DNA from: Bacteroidota bacterium
GTDB lineage: Bacteria; Bacteroidota; Bacteroidia; 2-12-FULL-35-15
Assembly: GCA_029237775.1 (NCBI GenBank)
Contig: JAQZBR010000002.1
Location: 713,489 to 777,488, forward strand
Direction: 5' to 3'
DNA length: 64,000 nucleotides
This document shows positions 37,751 through 48,405 of the stretch, in pieces. The notes under the pieces were generated by a model. It was not told the origin of the DNA. It saw only the letters and a list, made by a program, of their open reading frames with translations, and ran no database searches. Position 1 is the stretch's first letter; each line of letters starts with the position of its first letter. Made by a program: the position numbers and the translations under genes.

Positions 37751-37754
37751 ACAG

Positions 37755-37795
37755 GTACAGATAACGAATTTTTACGAATTTACAAATCTGTGTTT
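37755..37795 (+). repeat. 40-bp intergenic repeat, copy 3
   Basis: GTACAGATAACGAATTTTTACGAATTTACAAATCTGTGTTT. Confidence 0.8.
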
Positions 37796-37809
37796 GTTTA
37801 TCCTGAGAA

Positions 37810-39081
37810 TTACATATTCTCCAAAAATTCCTCAATTGCGTTATAAATATAATTCAGATCCTCGTTGCTGATACAATATGGAGGCAGCACATAAAAAACA
37901 TTTCCCAATGGACGAAGGATGATCCCTCTTTCAATAAAAAATTGTGAAATGTGTTCTGAAACAGAATTCAGATAATGCGTATGCTCATTCGTTTTTAATT
38001 CAAACGCGAGAACGGTCCCCATTTGCCTTATATCAGCTAGCGCTTTATGGCTTTTTATCTTATAATAAAATTCAGAATGCTTTATACTGATCCTATCAAT
38101 ATTCTCAAATGCTTCCGGCTTATCGAAGAGATCCAGACTTGCCAGCGCAGCTGAACATGCCGTAGTGTTCGCAGTATAAGAATGTCCGTGAAAAAATGTC
38201 TTCATCTTATCGTCACTTAAAAAAGCATTGTAGATATACTCCGCACAGCTGGTTGCACCAAGCGGCATTACACCGCCCGTGATTCCTTTGCTCATACAGA
38301 TAATATCCGGCTTATGAGTTAAATGATCACTTGCAAAGAATTTACCCGTCCGGCCGAAACCGGTCATCACCTCATCTGCAATTGTAATAACGTTTTTTCT
38401 GCCGCATTGTTCGATCAGCTTATCAAGCGCTTCTGCCTCATACATAACCATTCCGCCTGCACCTTGTATCAACGGCTCGAAAATAAAAGATGCAACCTCC
38501 TCATCTTCCAAGGCTTTAGCAAGTGCATTCAAACTTTCATTTTCCCTGCCTTTCACTGGTACAGGAATGGTGATCACATCAAACAGTAATTTTGAAAAGG
38601 GTAAATTGAAAGCATTCCTAGCTCCCACACTCATTCCTCCGAATGTATCACCATGGTAAGCATTTTCAAAAGCTATCACCTTGGTCCTTGAGATATCTTT
38701 GTTGCTCCAGTATTGAAATGCCATTTTTAGTGACACCTCAACAGCTGTAGAGCCATTATCAGAATAAAATATCTTCGATTGATTATCAGGAAGCCGTTGC
38801 AATAAACGCTCTGCCAGCTGAACAGCTGGTTCATGCGTAAATCCTGAGAAAATGGCATGCTCCAGTATATTTAATTGCTCTGAGATCTTTTGTGCAAGGT
38901 ATGGATGGCTGTGTCCGTGAATGTTTACCCACCAGCTGGAGATCCCATCAATATATCTTTTTCCTTTATCATCATAAAAATACGACCCCTCGCCTTTAAC
39001 AATAGCAATCGGCAATGGTGCAACCTTGATTTGTGTAAAGGGATGCCATACAACATTCTTATCTCTTTCCTGAATGGTCAT
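37810..39081 (-). CDS. bioA: DAPA aminotransferase
   Basis: WHPFTQ, SSWWVN, DEVMTGFGRTG, SKGITGG and HGHSYT motifs. Confidence 0.95.
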   Translation of the reverse strand: MTIQERDKNVVWHPFTQIKVAPLPIAIVKGEGSYFYDDKGKRYIDGISSWWVNIHGHSHPYLAQKISEQLNILEHAIFSGFTHEPAVQLAERLLQRLPDNQSKIFYSDNGSTAVEVSLKMAFQYWSNKDISRTKVIAFENAYHGDTFGGMSVGARNAFNLPFSKLLFDVITIPVPVKGRENESLNALAKALEDEEVASFIFEPLIQGAGGMVMYEAEALDKLIEQCGRKNVITIADEVMTGFGRTGKFFASDHLTHKPDIICMSKGITGGVMPLGATSCAEYIYNAFLSDDKMKTFFHGHSYTANTTACSAALASLDLFDKPEAFENIDRISIKHSEFYYKIKSHKALADIRQMGTVLAFELKTNEHTHYLNSVSEHISQFFIERGIILRPLGNVFYVLPPYCISNEDLNYIYNAIEEFLENM

Positions 39082-39149
39082 AGTGTTTTTCTGGATAGGA
39101 TAAATATCGCAATTTTCATTAGAGGAAGTAAAAGAGATTTCAGGAAATA

Positions 39150-39179
39150 AAAAAAGCGAAGAATATTCTTCGCTTTTTT
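39150..39179. terminator. Perfect 30-bp palindrome between bioD and bioA (terminator-like)
   Basis: AAAAAAGCGAAGAAT|ATTCTTCGCTTTTTT. Confidence 0.7.
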
Positions 39180-39193
39180 ATGTTGTAGGCCTT

Positions 39194-39820
39194 TTAAACA
39201 GCTACTGCATTGAGATATTCAAATTCCTTAGCATATGTTTTTATGACCATTGAGTTTAAGTCTTTCTCCTTATTAATTCTTCCTAAAACTTTCAACCCGC
39301 AATAGTCAATAATAATTTCCTGAGATAACTGATGTGGAGGGCCATTGAACACAACCCCCAGAATTTTTAAGCCTCTGTGTTTTAAAGCATCGATCGAAAG
39401 TAACGTGTGGTTAATGCTCCCAAGGTAATTTTGAATAACCAAAACCACCTCTGCATCAAATTGCTCGATCATGTCGATCATAAATTCGGTGCGATTCAGG
39501 GGAACCATCAAGCCTCCGGCACCTTCGATGATCAGAGTGTTTTCAGTTATCGGAACATGCAGATCACAAAGCCTGATCTGAACATCTTCAAGTTCAGCAG
39601 CAGCGTGGGGCGACATGTATTGTTTTAATAAGTATCCTTCCGGATGGAATTTACTTTCTGTGTTTGATACCCATTTCTGAACTTTGGCTGTATCGGTGGA
39701 AAAAAAACTTCCCGTCTGGACTGGTTTCCAGTAATCAGCTTTCAGAGCTTCGACAAGTACAGATGAAACAACCGTTTTCCCAACATCGGTTCCAATTCCG
39801 GTTACAAATAATTTTCTCAT
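39194..39820 (-). CDS. bioD: Dethiobiotin synthase
   Basis: TGIGTDVGKT, WKPVQTG, EGAGG and LGSINHT motifs. Confidence 0.95.
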   Translation of the reverse strand: MRKLFVTGIGTDVGKTVVSSVLVEALKADYWKPVQTGSFFSTDTAKVQKWVSNTESKFHPEGYLLKQYMSPHAAAELEDVQIRLCDLHVPITENTLIIEGAGGLMVPLNRTEFMIDMIEQFDAEVVLVIQNYLGSINHTLLSIDALKHRGLKILGVVFNGPPHQLSQEIIIDYCGLKVLGRINKEKDLNSMVIKTYAKEFEYLNAVAV

Positions 39821-39894
39821 AGCAGGTTTTTACTTCTGTGTTTAACGAAAATATAAAAATTTTGTTACCGAAAATTAAAGTCACCAATCAGTTT

Positions 39895-41043
39895 TTAACC
39901 GCTAATTGTTTGTAAGTCAGTATTAATTGCCCTTAAAAGCCGCGAAATCTCCTCTTTTGTATTGAATGCATGAAGACAGATACGAAGCCTCTCCTTGCCT
40001 TTAGCCACAGTAGGACTTAATATGGGCCTTACATCAAAACCCTTTTTCTGCAGAGAAGCGGCAAGCTCCTTCACGGTTAGGTTACCCGGAATAACAATAC
40101 ACTGGATCGGACTCGAGCTTGCAATTAACCGGAGATGACTACTTTCTGAAGCAAGTTCTTTAAAATGACCAATCAGCTCTTGAAGTAAACTTATTTTTTC
40201 GGGCTGCTCTTCCAGATAATTGTACGCGTGGCCTATTGCCAGGAGGCTATGTATTGGCAAAGCGGTAGTATAGATGAAAGAACGGGAGAAGTTAATGAGA
40301 TAGTTCCGTAGAAGATCACTTCCGAGAACGATGGCGCCATGACAACCCAATGCCTTTCCAAAGGTGTGCACACGGGCAAATACGGCAGACTCCACATTAT
40401 TTAACTGTACTAATCCCTTGCCTTGATTCACCGTGATACCTGTGGCATGAGCTTCGTCAACAATAAGGTTTGCATTATATTTCTGACAAAGAGCTGAGAT
40501 CCCTGTCAGCAACGCTTCATCGCCATCCATAGAGTAAATGCTTTCAACAGCAACGTAAGTTGTTCCCATTGCAACTTTCAATCGTTCTTCCAAATGCAAC
40601 AGGTCGTTGTGCTTAAACATATACGATGAAGCGGACGACATTTTTATTCCGTCATGCACTGAAGCATGAATCAGCTCATCATAAATTATTGATGCGTCTT
40701 TTTGGCCAAGAGCCGAAAACAAGCCAACATTGGCATCATAACCGGAATTGTAAATTAATCCGGCTTCAGCATTATGAAATTCAGCAATTGTTTTTTCTAA
40801 TTGCTCTGCGTAAGAAGTATTTCCGGCAAGCAGTCGCGAACCTCCGGAGCCATTGTTAGAATTGGCATGAAGTAACGGATCACTTTCAACTCGTTTCTTT
40901 AAATCCTGAGATTGTGCAAAACCGAGATAGTCATTACTGCAAAAATCAATGAGCCCGGATGAGTGAACCAATTGTCTGAACGCATTTTGTTCTCTGCGCT
41001 TATTCAGCGATTGAGTCAGAAAGAGATCAGCGGAAAATGACAT
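39895..41043 (-). CDS. bioF: 8-amino-7-oxononanoate synthase
   Basis: FCSNDYLG, GSRLLAG, DEAH and TFGKALG motifs. Confidence 0.9.
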   Translation of the reverse strand: MSFSADLFLTQSLNKRREQNAFRQLVHSSGLIDFCSNDYLGFAQSQDLKKRVESDPLLHANSNNGSGGSRLLAGNTSYAEQLEKTIAEFHNAEAGLIYNSGYDANVGLFSALGQKDASIIYDELIHASVHDGIKMSSASSYMFKHNDLLHLEERLKVAMGTTYVAVESIYSMDGDEALLTGISALCQKYNANLIVDEAHATGITVNQGKGLVQLNNVESAVFARVHTFGKALGCHGAIVLGSDLLRNYLINFSRSFIYTTALPIHSLLAIGHAYNYLEEQPEKISLLQELIGHFKELASESSHLRLIASSSPIQCIVIPGNLTVKELAASLQKKGFDVRPILSPTVAKGKERLRICLHAFNTKEEISRLLRAINTDLQTISG

Positions 41044-41044
41044 T

Positions 41045-42055
41045 TTATGCTTCCGCACCTTCTTTAACGGGAAGTTTGGATACAGGCTGCTCCGTTCCTT
41101 TGAACGCTTTGCGTGGGGTTAATCCAAAGATCTTGAACATTTCCATATCCTCAGAGAATTCAGGGTTTGGGGTTGTCAGTAATTTATCTCCTGCAAAAAT
41201 AGAGTTCGCTCCGGCTAGAAAGCATAGAGCCTGTCCTTCAAGCGACATTTGTGTTCTGCCGGCTGACAAACGAACAACAGTTTTAGGAATTACAATTCGG
41301 GTTGTTGCGATCATTCGCACCATGTCCCAGATAGGAACCAGCGGCTGATCTTCCAGCGGAGTACCTTTCACGGGAACCAATGCATTAATAGGCACTGATT
41401 CAGGATGAACCTCCATGGAAGACAAAGTCTGAAGCATTTTTACCCGATCCTCCACTGTTTCGCCCAAACCGATGATACCTCCGGAACAAACCGAAACCTT
41501 CGCTTTACGAACATTTTTAATAGTATCCAAACGATCATCGTAAGTACGTGTTGTGATGATCTTTTTATAGCTTTCCTCAGACGTATCGAGGTTGTGGTTG
41601 TACGCGTATAAGCCTGCATCTGCCAGCTTTTGTGCTTGTGTTTCCGTAAGCATACCTAATGTGCAGCACACTTCCATGCCTTTTTCGTTCACGGTTTTCA
41701 CCATTTCAAGAACGCGGTCAAAATCACGGTTATCACGCACTTCTCTCCATGCAGCACCCATACACAAACGTGACGCTCCACCAGCCTTCGCTTTATCTGC
41801 TGCTTCACTAACCTGTGAAACCGTCATCAATTTATGAACTTCAATTCCAGTATTATAACGGGCAGCCTGAGGACAATAGCTGCAATCTTCCGCACAGCCT
41901 CCTGTTTTAATAGATAATAACGAACTCACCTGAACCTCATTTGCCTCATTAAATTCCCTGTGAACTTCCTGAGCCCTGAAAACAAGCTCCAGCAATGGTG
42001 AATTATATACATTTAATATCTCTTCAGTAGTCCAGTTGTGTCTGATTGCAGTCAT
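41045..42055 (-). CDS. bioB: Biotin synthase
   Basis: Radical [18 protein letters not shown] and VPIN motifs. The -7 motif TAAGTTTG is at 42087-42080. Confidence 0.97.
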   Translation of the reverse strand: MTAIRHNWTTEEILNVYNSPLLELVFRAQEVHREFNEANEVQVSSLLSIKTGGCAEDCSYCPQAARYNTGIEVHKLMTVSQVSEAADKAKAGGASRLCMGAAWREVRDNRDFDRVLEMVKTVNEKGMEVCCTLGMLTETQAQKLADAGLYAYNHNLDTSEESYKKIITTRTYDDRLDTIKNVRKAKVSVCSGGIIGLGETVEDRVKMLQTLSSMEVHPESVPINALVPVKGTPLEDQPLVPIWDMVRMIATTRIVIPKTVVRLSAGRTQMSLEGQALCFLAGANSIFAGDKLLTTPNPEFSEDMEMFKIFGLTPRKAFKGTEQPVSKLPVKEGAEA

Positions 42056-42257
42056 AATGATTGTTCTTTTGTGATTTCACAAACTTAATCATTTAATTAA
42101 AACTAAAAACGGACAAACTTTCCGGTTTTCAACGATTTTTTCTCCCCTTTTATCTAAAATTTGTTAAAGTTCAGGCAAAAGTCCTCCAAGCTGCAATTTC
42201 AAAGGGTACTGAGCGTTATTTCACACGAACAGACACTCGTTTTTACACAGACAAAAA

Positions 42258-43508
42258 ATGAAAATTAGGATCATGAGCGCTTTATTGGCGCTCACCGGGT
42301 TCGCAAACGCCCAAACCACTGACTACTCAGCATATAGTGGCCTTGACAATAAGATCAAAGGCTTCATGGATACATGGGAAATTCCCGGAGCCTCTGTCGC
42401 TATCACTAAAGATGGGAAAACCATTTACAGCAAAGCCTTTGGTTATTCCGACCAGGCACATACCAAGCCTGCAAAAGAAGGTGAACTTTACAGAATTGCC
42501 AGCGTTTCGAAGCCGGTTACTTCAATAGGGATCATGAAACTGGTCGAAGAAGGAAAACTCTCATTGGAGGACAAGGTTTTTGGATGCGATGCCATTCTTG
42601 ATCAGGAGTATTATCTGAATACGATCTCCGACCAAAGAATTTATTTGATCACTGTCGGTCAGCTCCTGGAGCATACTGCCGGCTGGGACCGTAGAATTCC
42701 CTATGGTGGATTTTCACATTCCGATCCTGCTTTCTTTCCGTTACACGTTACAGCAACTCTTCACGAGCCAAATCCGGTTGGAGATTCTACATTAATTAAG
42801 TTCTCTCTGAAAAAAGGCCTTGACCACCAACCGGGATCTGTTTATGCCTATTCGAATGTTGGTTATCTGATTCTGGGCAAAGTGATTGAAAAGATCTCGG
42901 GGATGAGTTATGAAGCCTTTATTCAGAAGAACATTCTGGAGCCTCTTGACATTCATGATATGCAGCTTGGAAAAAACCTGCTGGTTGATAAAAAACCGAA
43001 TGAAGTTGAATACCTGAGTGGCTCGACCACCAGATCAAGCTACGGTACCGGTGCTTTGGTCCCTTGGCAATATGGTGGTTTCAATGTTGAGGCAATGAAT
43101 GCGCATGGTGGGTGGATTGCTTCAGCTTCTGACCTGAATAAAATTATGCTGGCATTAAATGGTTCAGAAAATGGTACTGAGATCCTGAGGCCGGAAACAA
43201 TATCATTAATGAGCTCTCCGGGTTCTGTCAATGCCGGATACGCGAAGGGATGGTTTGTAAATTCAGCTAACAACTGGTGGCATACCGGGAGTATGGATGG
43301 AACCGCTTCTTTTGTCTGTCGCACGAGTAATGGTTATACATGGACGTTTCTTCTTAACTCGAGAAGCGATAACAGCAGTGCGTTCTGGAATGCTTTCGAC
43401 AGGCTTCCATGGGAGTGTGTAAGGGCAATTTCAGATATTGCGAAGAACACCCCCGGAGATGATACCTACGAAGAACCAAAATACCCTTTAAGAGGTGTGA
43501 CTCCATAA
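42258..43508 (+). CDS. Serine hydrolase, beta-lactamase class C/AmpH-like family
   Basis: Signal peptide. SVSK, YSN and HTG motifs. Confidence 0.88.
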   Translation: MKIRIMSALLALTGFANAQTTDYSAYSGLDNKIKGFMDTWEIPGASVAITKDGKTIYSKAFGYSDQAHTKPAKEGELYRIASVSKPVTSIGIMKLVEEGKLSLEDKVFGCDAILDQEYYLNTISDQRIYLITVGQLLEHTAGWDRRIPYGGFSHSDPAFFPLHVTATLHEPNPVGDSTLIKFSLKKGLDHQPGSVYAYSNVGYLILGKVIEKISGMSYEAFIQKNILEPLDIHDMQLGKNLLVDKKPNEVEYLSGSTTRSSYGTGALVPWQYGGFNVEAMNAHGGWIASASDLNKIMLALNGSENGTEILRPETISLMSSPGSVNAGYAKGWFVNSANNWWHTGSMDGTASFVCRTSNGYTWTFLLNSRSDNSSAFWNAFDRLPWECVRAISDIAKNTPGDDTYEEPKYPLRGVTP

Positions 43509-43565
43509 TTGTTTAACTAAGCGGTTATTCTTTCGTAGGAGGTGTTACGGGTGAGATATAAGAAA

Positions 43566-44351
43566 TTACAAACTCATATTATTTAGGTCAATTGTCTTCT
43601 TGTATAGTTTATCTCTCTGCTTTTTAAGAATTTTTGAGGTGATTGGAACTGTAAGAGTGCCTAGAAAACTTAAACCGGCATTTACATAAAACTGAGGTGT
43701 GATAGCGCCTTTCTGATACGCGGTTACGGCCTGTGAAATGGTGATTATAGATGTCACACCGCCAGCAATTGTGCTTGGTATGGAGGTTATCCCGACAATT
43801 TTCTGGCTTATCTTAACGAGCTTTGCTGTTTTCAAACTCGTTTGCACAAGCGGGTTAGTGGATTTTTTCAGTTCCTTATCAAGGCCTCTTCTGCCTAGCT
43901 TTTGTCCATTCTTGAAATATTTGCCGTCAACTTCTTCAATTTTATTATTGGATGAATTAACCGGCCCGTTTGCAAGCACATTATTTTGATTCGTTGGTGT
44001 AGTTTGATTGTTGGCATTTCCTGAAGACTGAGGAACGTTCTTGTTATAATTCCCTGTATTATACTGGTTGGCAGCAGGAACCTCCTGACCGATTGAATTA
44101 TTTTCAATCCGGACAAATTCCTGTGATTGTCCGTTCCTGTATTTGATCAGGGAGATATCCGACTTCTTTTCCTTGAAGGTCGGGCCATCAGGAAAATCCT
44201 TTTTTATAAAGCTGATTTCGGTGCTTGTAACCTCTGTGATCTTACCATAGATTACGATGCCGTTATTTTTCACTATCGTATCCTGAGCATGTGAAGTGTA
44301 GCTGCAAAACACAAAAAGAACCATGCAAATATTCGTTAGAAAGCTTTTCAT
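43566..44351 (-). CDS. Hypothetical exported/membrane protein
   Basis: Signal peptide, a small beta domain (DTIVKNNG..I.GKITEV), an N/Q-rich linker and a C-terminal hydrophobic hairpin. Confidence 0.7.
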   Translation of the reverse strand: MKSFLTNICMVLFVFCSYTSHAQDTIVKNNGIVIYGKITEVTSTEISFIKKDFPDGPTFKEKKSDISLIKYRNGQSQEFVRIENNSIGQEVPAANQYNTGNYNKNVPQSSGNANNQTTPTNQNNVLANGPVNSSNNKIEEVDGKYFKNGQKLGRRGLDKELKKSTNPLVQTSLKTAKLVKISQKIVGITSIPSTIAGGVTSIITISQAVTAYQKGAITPQFYVNAGLSFLGTLTVPITSKILKKQRDKLYKKTIDLNNMSL

Positions 44352-44438
44352 TAAGAAGATTTTTGGAGTGATGCCTTAAATATATTGAAATTATAAATCG
44401 GATATCAAATCTTTACTTACAATAATTACCTTTGCCTT

Positions 44439-45113
44439 ATGCGTATTGATATTATTACTGTATTGCCACAATTACTTGAAAGTCCGTTTCAGCACAGCAT
44501 CCTTAAGCGAGCTATTGAAAAAGGCATTGTAGAAGTGAACCTGATCAACCTGCGTGATTACTCAACCCATAAACAAAAAAGTGTAGATGATTATGCATTT
44601 GGCGGTGGTGCGGGAATGGTCATGAGTATTGAACCTATTGCCAATTGTATCAATTCATTAAAGTCTGAGAGAAACTATGATGAGATCATTTATACATCTC
44701 CGGATGGTGAGACGTTGAATCAGAAGGTCAGTAATCATTTATCAACGTTGAAGAATATTATTATTCTCTGCGGCCATTATAAAGGTGTTGATCAGAGAGT
44801 GAGGGATCATTTCATCACCAGGGAAATCTCTATCGGTGATTACGTGCTCTCAGGCGGAGAACTGGCCGCAGCCGTGATTTGCGATAGCGTTATAAGAATT
44901 ATTCCGGGGGCTATTTCTGATGAAACTTCTGCTCTTACAGATTCATTTCAGGATAATTTACTCGCCCCTCCGGTTTATACCCGTCCGGCCGAGTTCAATG
45001 GCTGGAAAGTCCCGGAAATACTCTTATCTGGACATGCTGAAAAAATTGAAAACTGGAGGCATGAGCAGAGCATTGAACGGACAAAAGAACGCAGGCCGGA
45101 TCTTTTAGACTGA
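44439..45113 (+). CDS. trmD: tRNA (guanine-N1)-methyltransferase
   Basis: [20 protein letters not shown] and [11 protein letters not shown] motifs. The -7 motif TACCTTTG lies 4 nt before the ATG. Confidence 0.97.
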   Translation: MRIDIITVLPQLLESPFQHSILKRAIEKGIVEVNLINLRDYSTHKQKSVDDYAFGGGAGMVMSIEPIANCINSLKSERNYDEIIYTSPDGETLNQKVSNHLSTLKNIIILCGHYKGVDQRVRDHFITREISIGDYVLSGGELAAAVICDSVIRIIPGAISDETSALTDSFQDNLLAPPVYTRPAEFNGWKVPEILLSGHAEKIENWRHEQSIERTKERRPDLLD

Positions 45114-45239
45114 TTTAAGACAAAAATTGCTGATTTTTCCTTAAAATTTCCCCGATATTTGTTTGGGTACAGGAAAAATTCTTATATTTGCATTCCTTTT
45201 TAGGGAAAATAAGATCAACACATTATAAAACAAAGAGTT

Positions 45240-45590
45240 ATGAGCAATTTAATTCAGTTCGTTCAAGAACAATTCGGAGCAAAAGCAAACCACCCAAAAT
45301 TCAAAGCAGGTGATACTGTTACCGTTCACTATAAAATCAAAGAAGGCGAAAAAGAACGCGTTCAGCAATACCAGGGCGTTGTTATTCAGCGTAAAGGTGC
45401 CGGATTAACTGAATCTTTCACAGTTCGTAAAATGAGCAACGGAATTGGTGTTGAGCGTTTATTCCCTGTAAATTCTCCTTTCATTGATAAAGTTGAATTG
45501 AACAAAGTTGGTGTTGTGCGCAGAGCTCGTCTGTTCTACTTACGTGGATTGACAGGAAAAGCTGCCCGTATCGCAGAAAAGAAACAATAA
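45240..45590 (+). CDS. rplS: 50S ribosomal protein L19
   Basis: [21 protein letters not shown] and RRARLFYLR motifs. Promoter TATATTTG at 45183. Confidence 0.98.
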   Translation: MSNLIQFVQEQFGAKANHPKFKAGDTVTVHYKIKEGEKERVQQYQGVVIQRKGAGLTESFTVRKMSNGIGVERLFPVNSPFIDKVELNKVGVVRRARLFYLRGLTGKAARIAEKKQ

Positions 45591-45609
45591 TTCAAAAAGA
45601 ATATATTTC

Positions 45610-45643
45610 AACCCTTTCCGTATTACACGGAAAGGGTTTTTTT
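45610..45643 (+). terminator. rplS terminator
   Basis: AACCCTTTCCGT-attac-ACGGAAAGGGTT plus a T-tract. Confidence 0.85.
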
Positions 45644-45693
45644 ATTCACCTTACCCCTAACCCTAACCTCTGCAAAGAGATGGGAACAGAAAA

Positions 45694-47283
45694 ATGACAA
45701 CACAGGAAGAAATTAAAAGACGGAGAAGCTTTGGCATCATTGCTCATCCCGATGCCGGTAAAACAACACTTACTGAAAAGCTCCTTCTTTTCGGAGGCGC
45801 CATTCAAACCGCAGGTGCTGTTAAATCCAATAAGATCAAAAAGCACACAACCTCCGACTTTATGGAGATCGAACGTCAGCGTGGGATCTCCGTTGCTACC
45901 TCGGTAATGGGATTTGATTACAAAGGCTTAAAGATCAATCTTCTTGACACCCCCGGCCATGAGGACTTTGCAGAAGACACATATCGTACGCTTACAGCAG
46001 TAGACAGCGTGATCATGCTTATCGACTGTGCAAAAGGAGTTGAGCCGCAAACACGAAAACTGCTTGAGGTTTGCCGCATGAGAAGCACTCCAGTGATCGT
46101 ATTTATTAATAAACTTGATCGTGAAGGAAAAGATCCCTTCGACCTTCTTGAAGAAATTGAAAAAGAGCTGCGTATCGATCTGCGGCCTTTAAGCTGGCCA
46201 ATAAGCATGGGTAAAACCTTTAAAGGGGTTTACAACCTTTATGAGAAGAGTCTTACTGTATTTAATCCGGGGGAAAAACAAACACTTGAGAACTCGATAG
46301 AAATTAAAGATCTGAATGACGGAACACTTGATAAACTGATTGGGGAAGATTATGCGAAAACACTTCGCAACGATGTGGAACTGCTTGAAGCCGGTTATCC
46401 CAAATTTGAGGTGGAAGAATATCTTGAAGCGATGGTTTCCCCCGTTTTCTTTGGAAGCGCGGTGAATAATTTCGGAGTAAGGGAATTACTGGATGCTTTC
46501 ATCAGGATAGCGCCTTCACCAAAAGGCCGGATCACTGATGCAAAAGAAATCAATCCTGAAGATAAAAATTTCAGCGGCTTTATATTTAAGATCCATGCGA
46601 ATCTTGATCCAAAGCACCGCGACAGGATCGCCTTTTTGCGAATAGTATCAGGAAAATTTGAGAGAAACAGGAATTATTATCATGTGCGTGAAGGCCGAAA
46701 CATGAAGTTTTCCAATCCTACTGCATTTATGGCGCAGGACAAGAGTGTTGTTGATGAAGCATATCCCGGAGATATCATTGGCTTATATGATTCGGGGAAT
46801 TTCAAAATAGCAGACACACTTACAGAAGGTGAGAAATTTCATTTCAAAGGAATTCCGCAGTTCTCACCCGAACTCTTTAAATATGTAGTGAATACCGATC
46901 CGATGAAAACCAAGCAGCTGAACAAAGGACTTGAGCAGCTGACGGATGAAGGTGTGGCTCAGCTTTTCACAAAGCGTACTGATAATCGTAAAGTGCTTGG
47001 AACAGTCGGAGCCCTCCAATTTGAAGTTATTCAGCATCGTTTAAAAAGTGAGTATTCCGCTTCCTGCAGCTATGAAATGATCTCACTTTACAAAGCCTGC
47101 TGGATAAGCTCAAAGGATAAGAAAAAACTGGAGGAATTTATTTTCGATAAAGCTCATCATATGGCAAACGATAAAGAAGGCCGTCCTGTTTTTCTTGCTG
47201 AATCGGCCTGGGCCCTTCAAATGGCTGAAGAAAAAAATCCTGATATTAAATTCCATTTCATTTCAGAATTTCAGGAAGATTAG
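45694..47283 (+). CDS. prfC: Peptide chain release factor 3
   Basis: HPDAGKTT, DTPGHEDF, NKLD and HRDRIAF motifs. Confidence 0.97.
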   Translation: MTTQEEIKRRRSFGIIAHPDAGKTTLTEKLLLFGGAIQTAGAVKSNKIKKHTTSDFMEIERQRGISVATSVMGFDYKGLKINLLDTPGHEDFAEDTYRTLTAVDSVIMLIDCAKGVEPQTRKLLEVCRMRSTPVIVFINKLDREGKDPFDLLEEIEKELRIDLRPLSWPISMGKTFKGVYNLYEKSLTVFNPGEKQTLENSIEIKDLNDGTLDKLIGEDYAKTLRNDVELLEAGYPKFEVEEYLEAMVSPVFFGSAVNNFGVRELLDAFIRIAPSPKGRITDAKEINPEDKNFSGFIFKIHANLDPKHRDRIAFLRIVSGKFERNRNYYHVREGRNMKFSNPTAFMAQDKSVVDEAYPGDIIGLYDSGNFKIADTLTEGEKFHFKGIPQFSPELFKYVVNTDPMKTKQLNKGLEQLTDEGVAQLFTKRTDNRKVLGTVGALQFEVIQHRLKSEYSASCSYEMISLYKACWISSKDKKKLEEFIFDKAHHMANDKEGRPVFLAESAWALQMAEEKNPDIKFHFISEFQED

Positions 47284-47300
47284 AAATGTGATCAGGCATA

Positions 47301-47340
47301 AAAAAAAGAATCCCGCTTCAAACGAAGCGGGATTCTTTTT
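47301..47340. terminator. Bidirectional terminator
   Basis: AAAAAGAATCCCGCTTC-aaac-GAAGCGGGATTCTTTTT. Confidence 0.88.
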
Positions 47341-47355
47341 ATGAAGTTAATTAGA

Positions 47356-48405
47356 TTACTTTACGATCATCTTTGCAGAGATACGGGTTGCATCAGTCTG
47401 AACAGTAACAGTATAGAAACCGTTAGCCAAAACAGATGTATTGATCATAGTGAAATTACGTCCTGCTGACTGATTTCCTTTGTTCTCAACAGAAATTACT
47501 TTTCCTGTAACATCATAAACTGTGATTGTTACATTAGAAGAAGAAGGAAGGTTATAGTTAACCTGTGCAACATCTACAGAAGGATTAGGGAATACGTTCA
47601 ATGACAATTCATTTGATACAGACGAAGATTCAACTCCCGTAACTGTTCTGCGGATCATGAAATCATCGATAGAGATCAGATAATCATCATTTGAATTGTG
47701 GTGGAAAGCAAAAAACACTTCCTGTCCAACATAAGGACTTAAATCAACAGAGAAAGGACGAAGCTGACCTCTGTGAGCTATTGTTGCCGCATTTGGATCT
47801 TCAACCACGTCAATGTATGTTCCATCCTGGCCATGTACAAATCCTGAACTGAAAGTATAAGTTGCGTAGTTAGTATCCGCTCCTAAAGCAGTCATCTCTG
47901 CACCACTAAACAATGTAGTTGTAAAGGCATTATCATCGTTAGTAGTTGTAGAGATCTTAACTTTGTAACCATCCATGTAACGTGGAGTCTGGCGTGGAGC
48001 TGATTTCCAATACAACATATCACCCGCTCTGATCACATAACTTGGAGTGATTAACCAGTTACTTGCTACACCGAAAGGAGTAAACCATGAGTTTGCACCC
48101 AAAACAGTGTTATCGTTAGCACCATCCATATCTAGGTCTGTAGTGTCTACATCAGAGAAAGGGAAAAGAGCCTGCCATCCACCGGAGAATCCTGCACCCG
48201 ATCCGTCATCTTTCTGGTCCTGATCGTAGCTGTACCAAAGGATATCAGAAGAAACACCCGGAGGCGGTGCAACGTCATCAACCAGGTCATCATAAAAATA
48301 CTGATAATTAAAGCTTTCGTAAACAAGAGTATCCAGAGTCTGCGCTTTGGATTCCATTGCCGACAAAGCAATAAAACTAAATGCTAATAAGTAGATTTTT
48401 TTCAT
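47356..48405 (-). CDS. T9SS-secreted protein with a cleaved-adhesin/choice-of-anchor-J-like domain
   Basis: NWLITP, YKVKISTT, VDLSPYVGQEVFFAFHH and IDD motifs. The type A CTD runs VFPNP...NGFY...MIVK. Confidence 0.85.
   Translation of the reverse strand: MKKIYLLAFSFIALSAMESKAQTLDTLVYESFNYQYFYDDLVDDVAPPPGVSSDILWYSYDQDQKDDGSGAGFSGGWQALFPFSDVDTTDLDMDGANDNTVLGANSWFTPFGVASNWLITPSYVIRAGDMLYWKSAPRQTPRYMDGYKVKISTTTNDDNAFTTTLFSGAEMTALGADTNYATYTFSSGFVHGQDGTYIDVVEDPNAATIAHRGQLRPFSVDLSPYVGQEVFFAFHHNSNDDYLISIDDFMIRRTVTGVESSSVSNELSLNVFPNPSVDVAQVNYNLPSSSNVTITVYDVTGKVISVENKGNQSAGRNFTMINTSVLANGFYTVTVQTDATRISAKMIVK

Noticed and set aside
42056-42257. BirA operator upstream of bioB
   Set aside because: No TGTAAAC-N14/16-GTTTACA-like palindrome was found.
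42258-43508. Antibiotic-resistance beta-lactamase
   Set aside because: SxxK, YxN and HTG motifs are shared by many esterases and peptidases of this fold, so resistance cannot be inferred.
44439-45590. trmD-rplS separated from rpsP-rimM
   Set aside because: This split is common in Bacteroidota.
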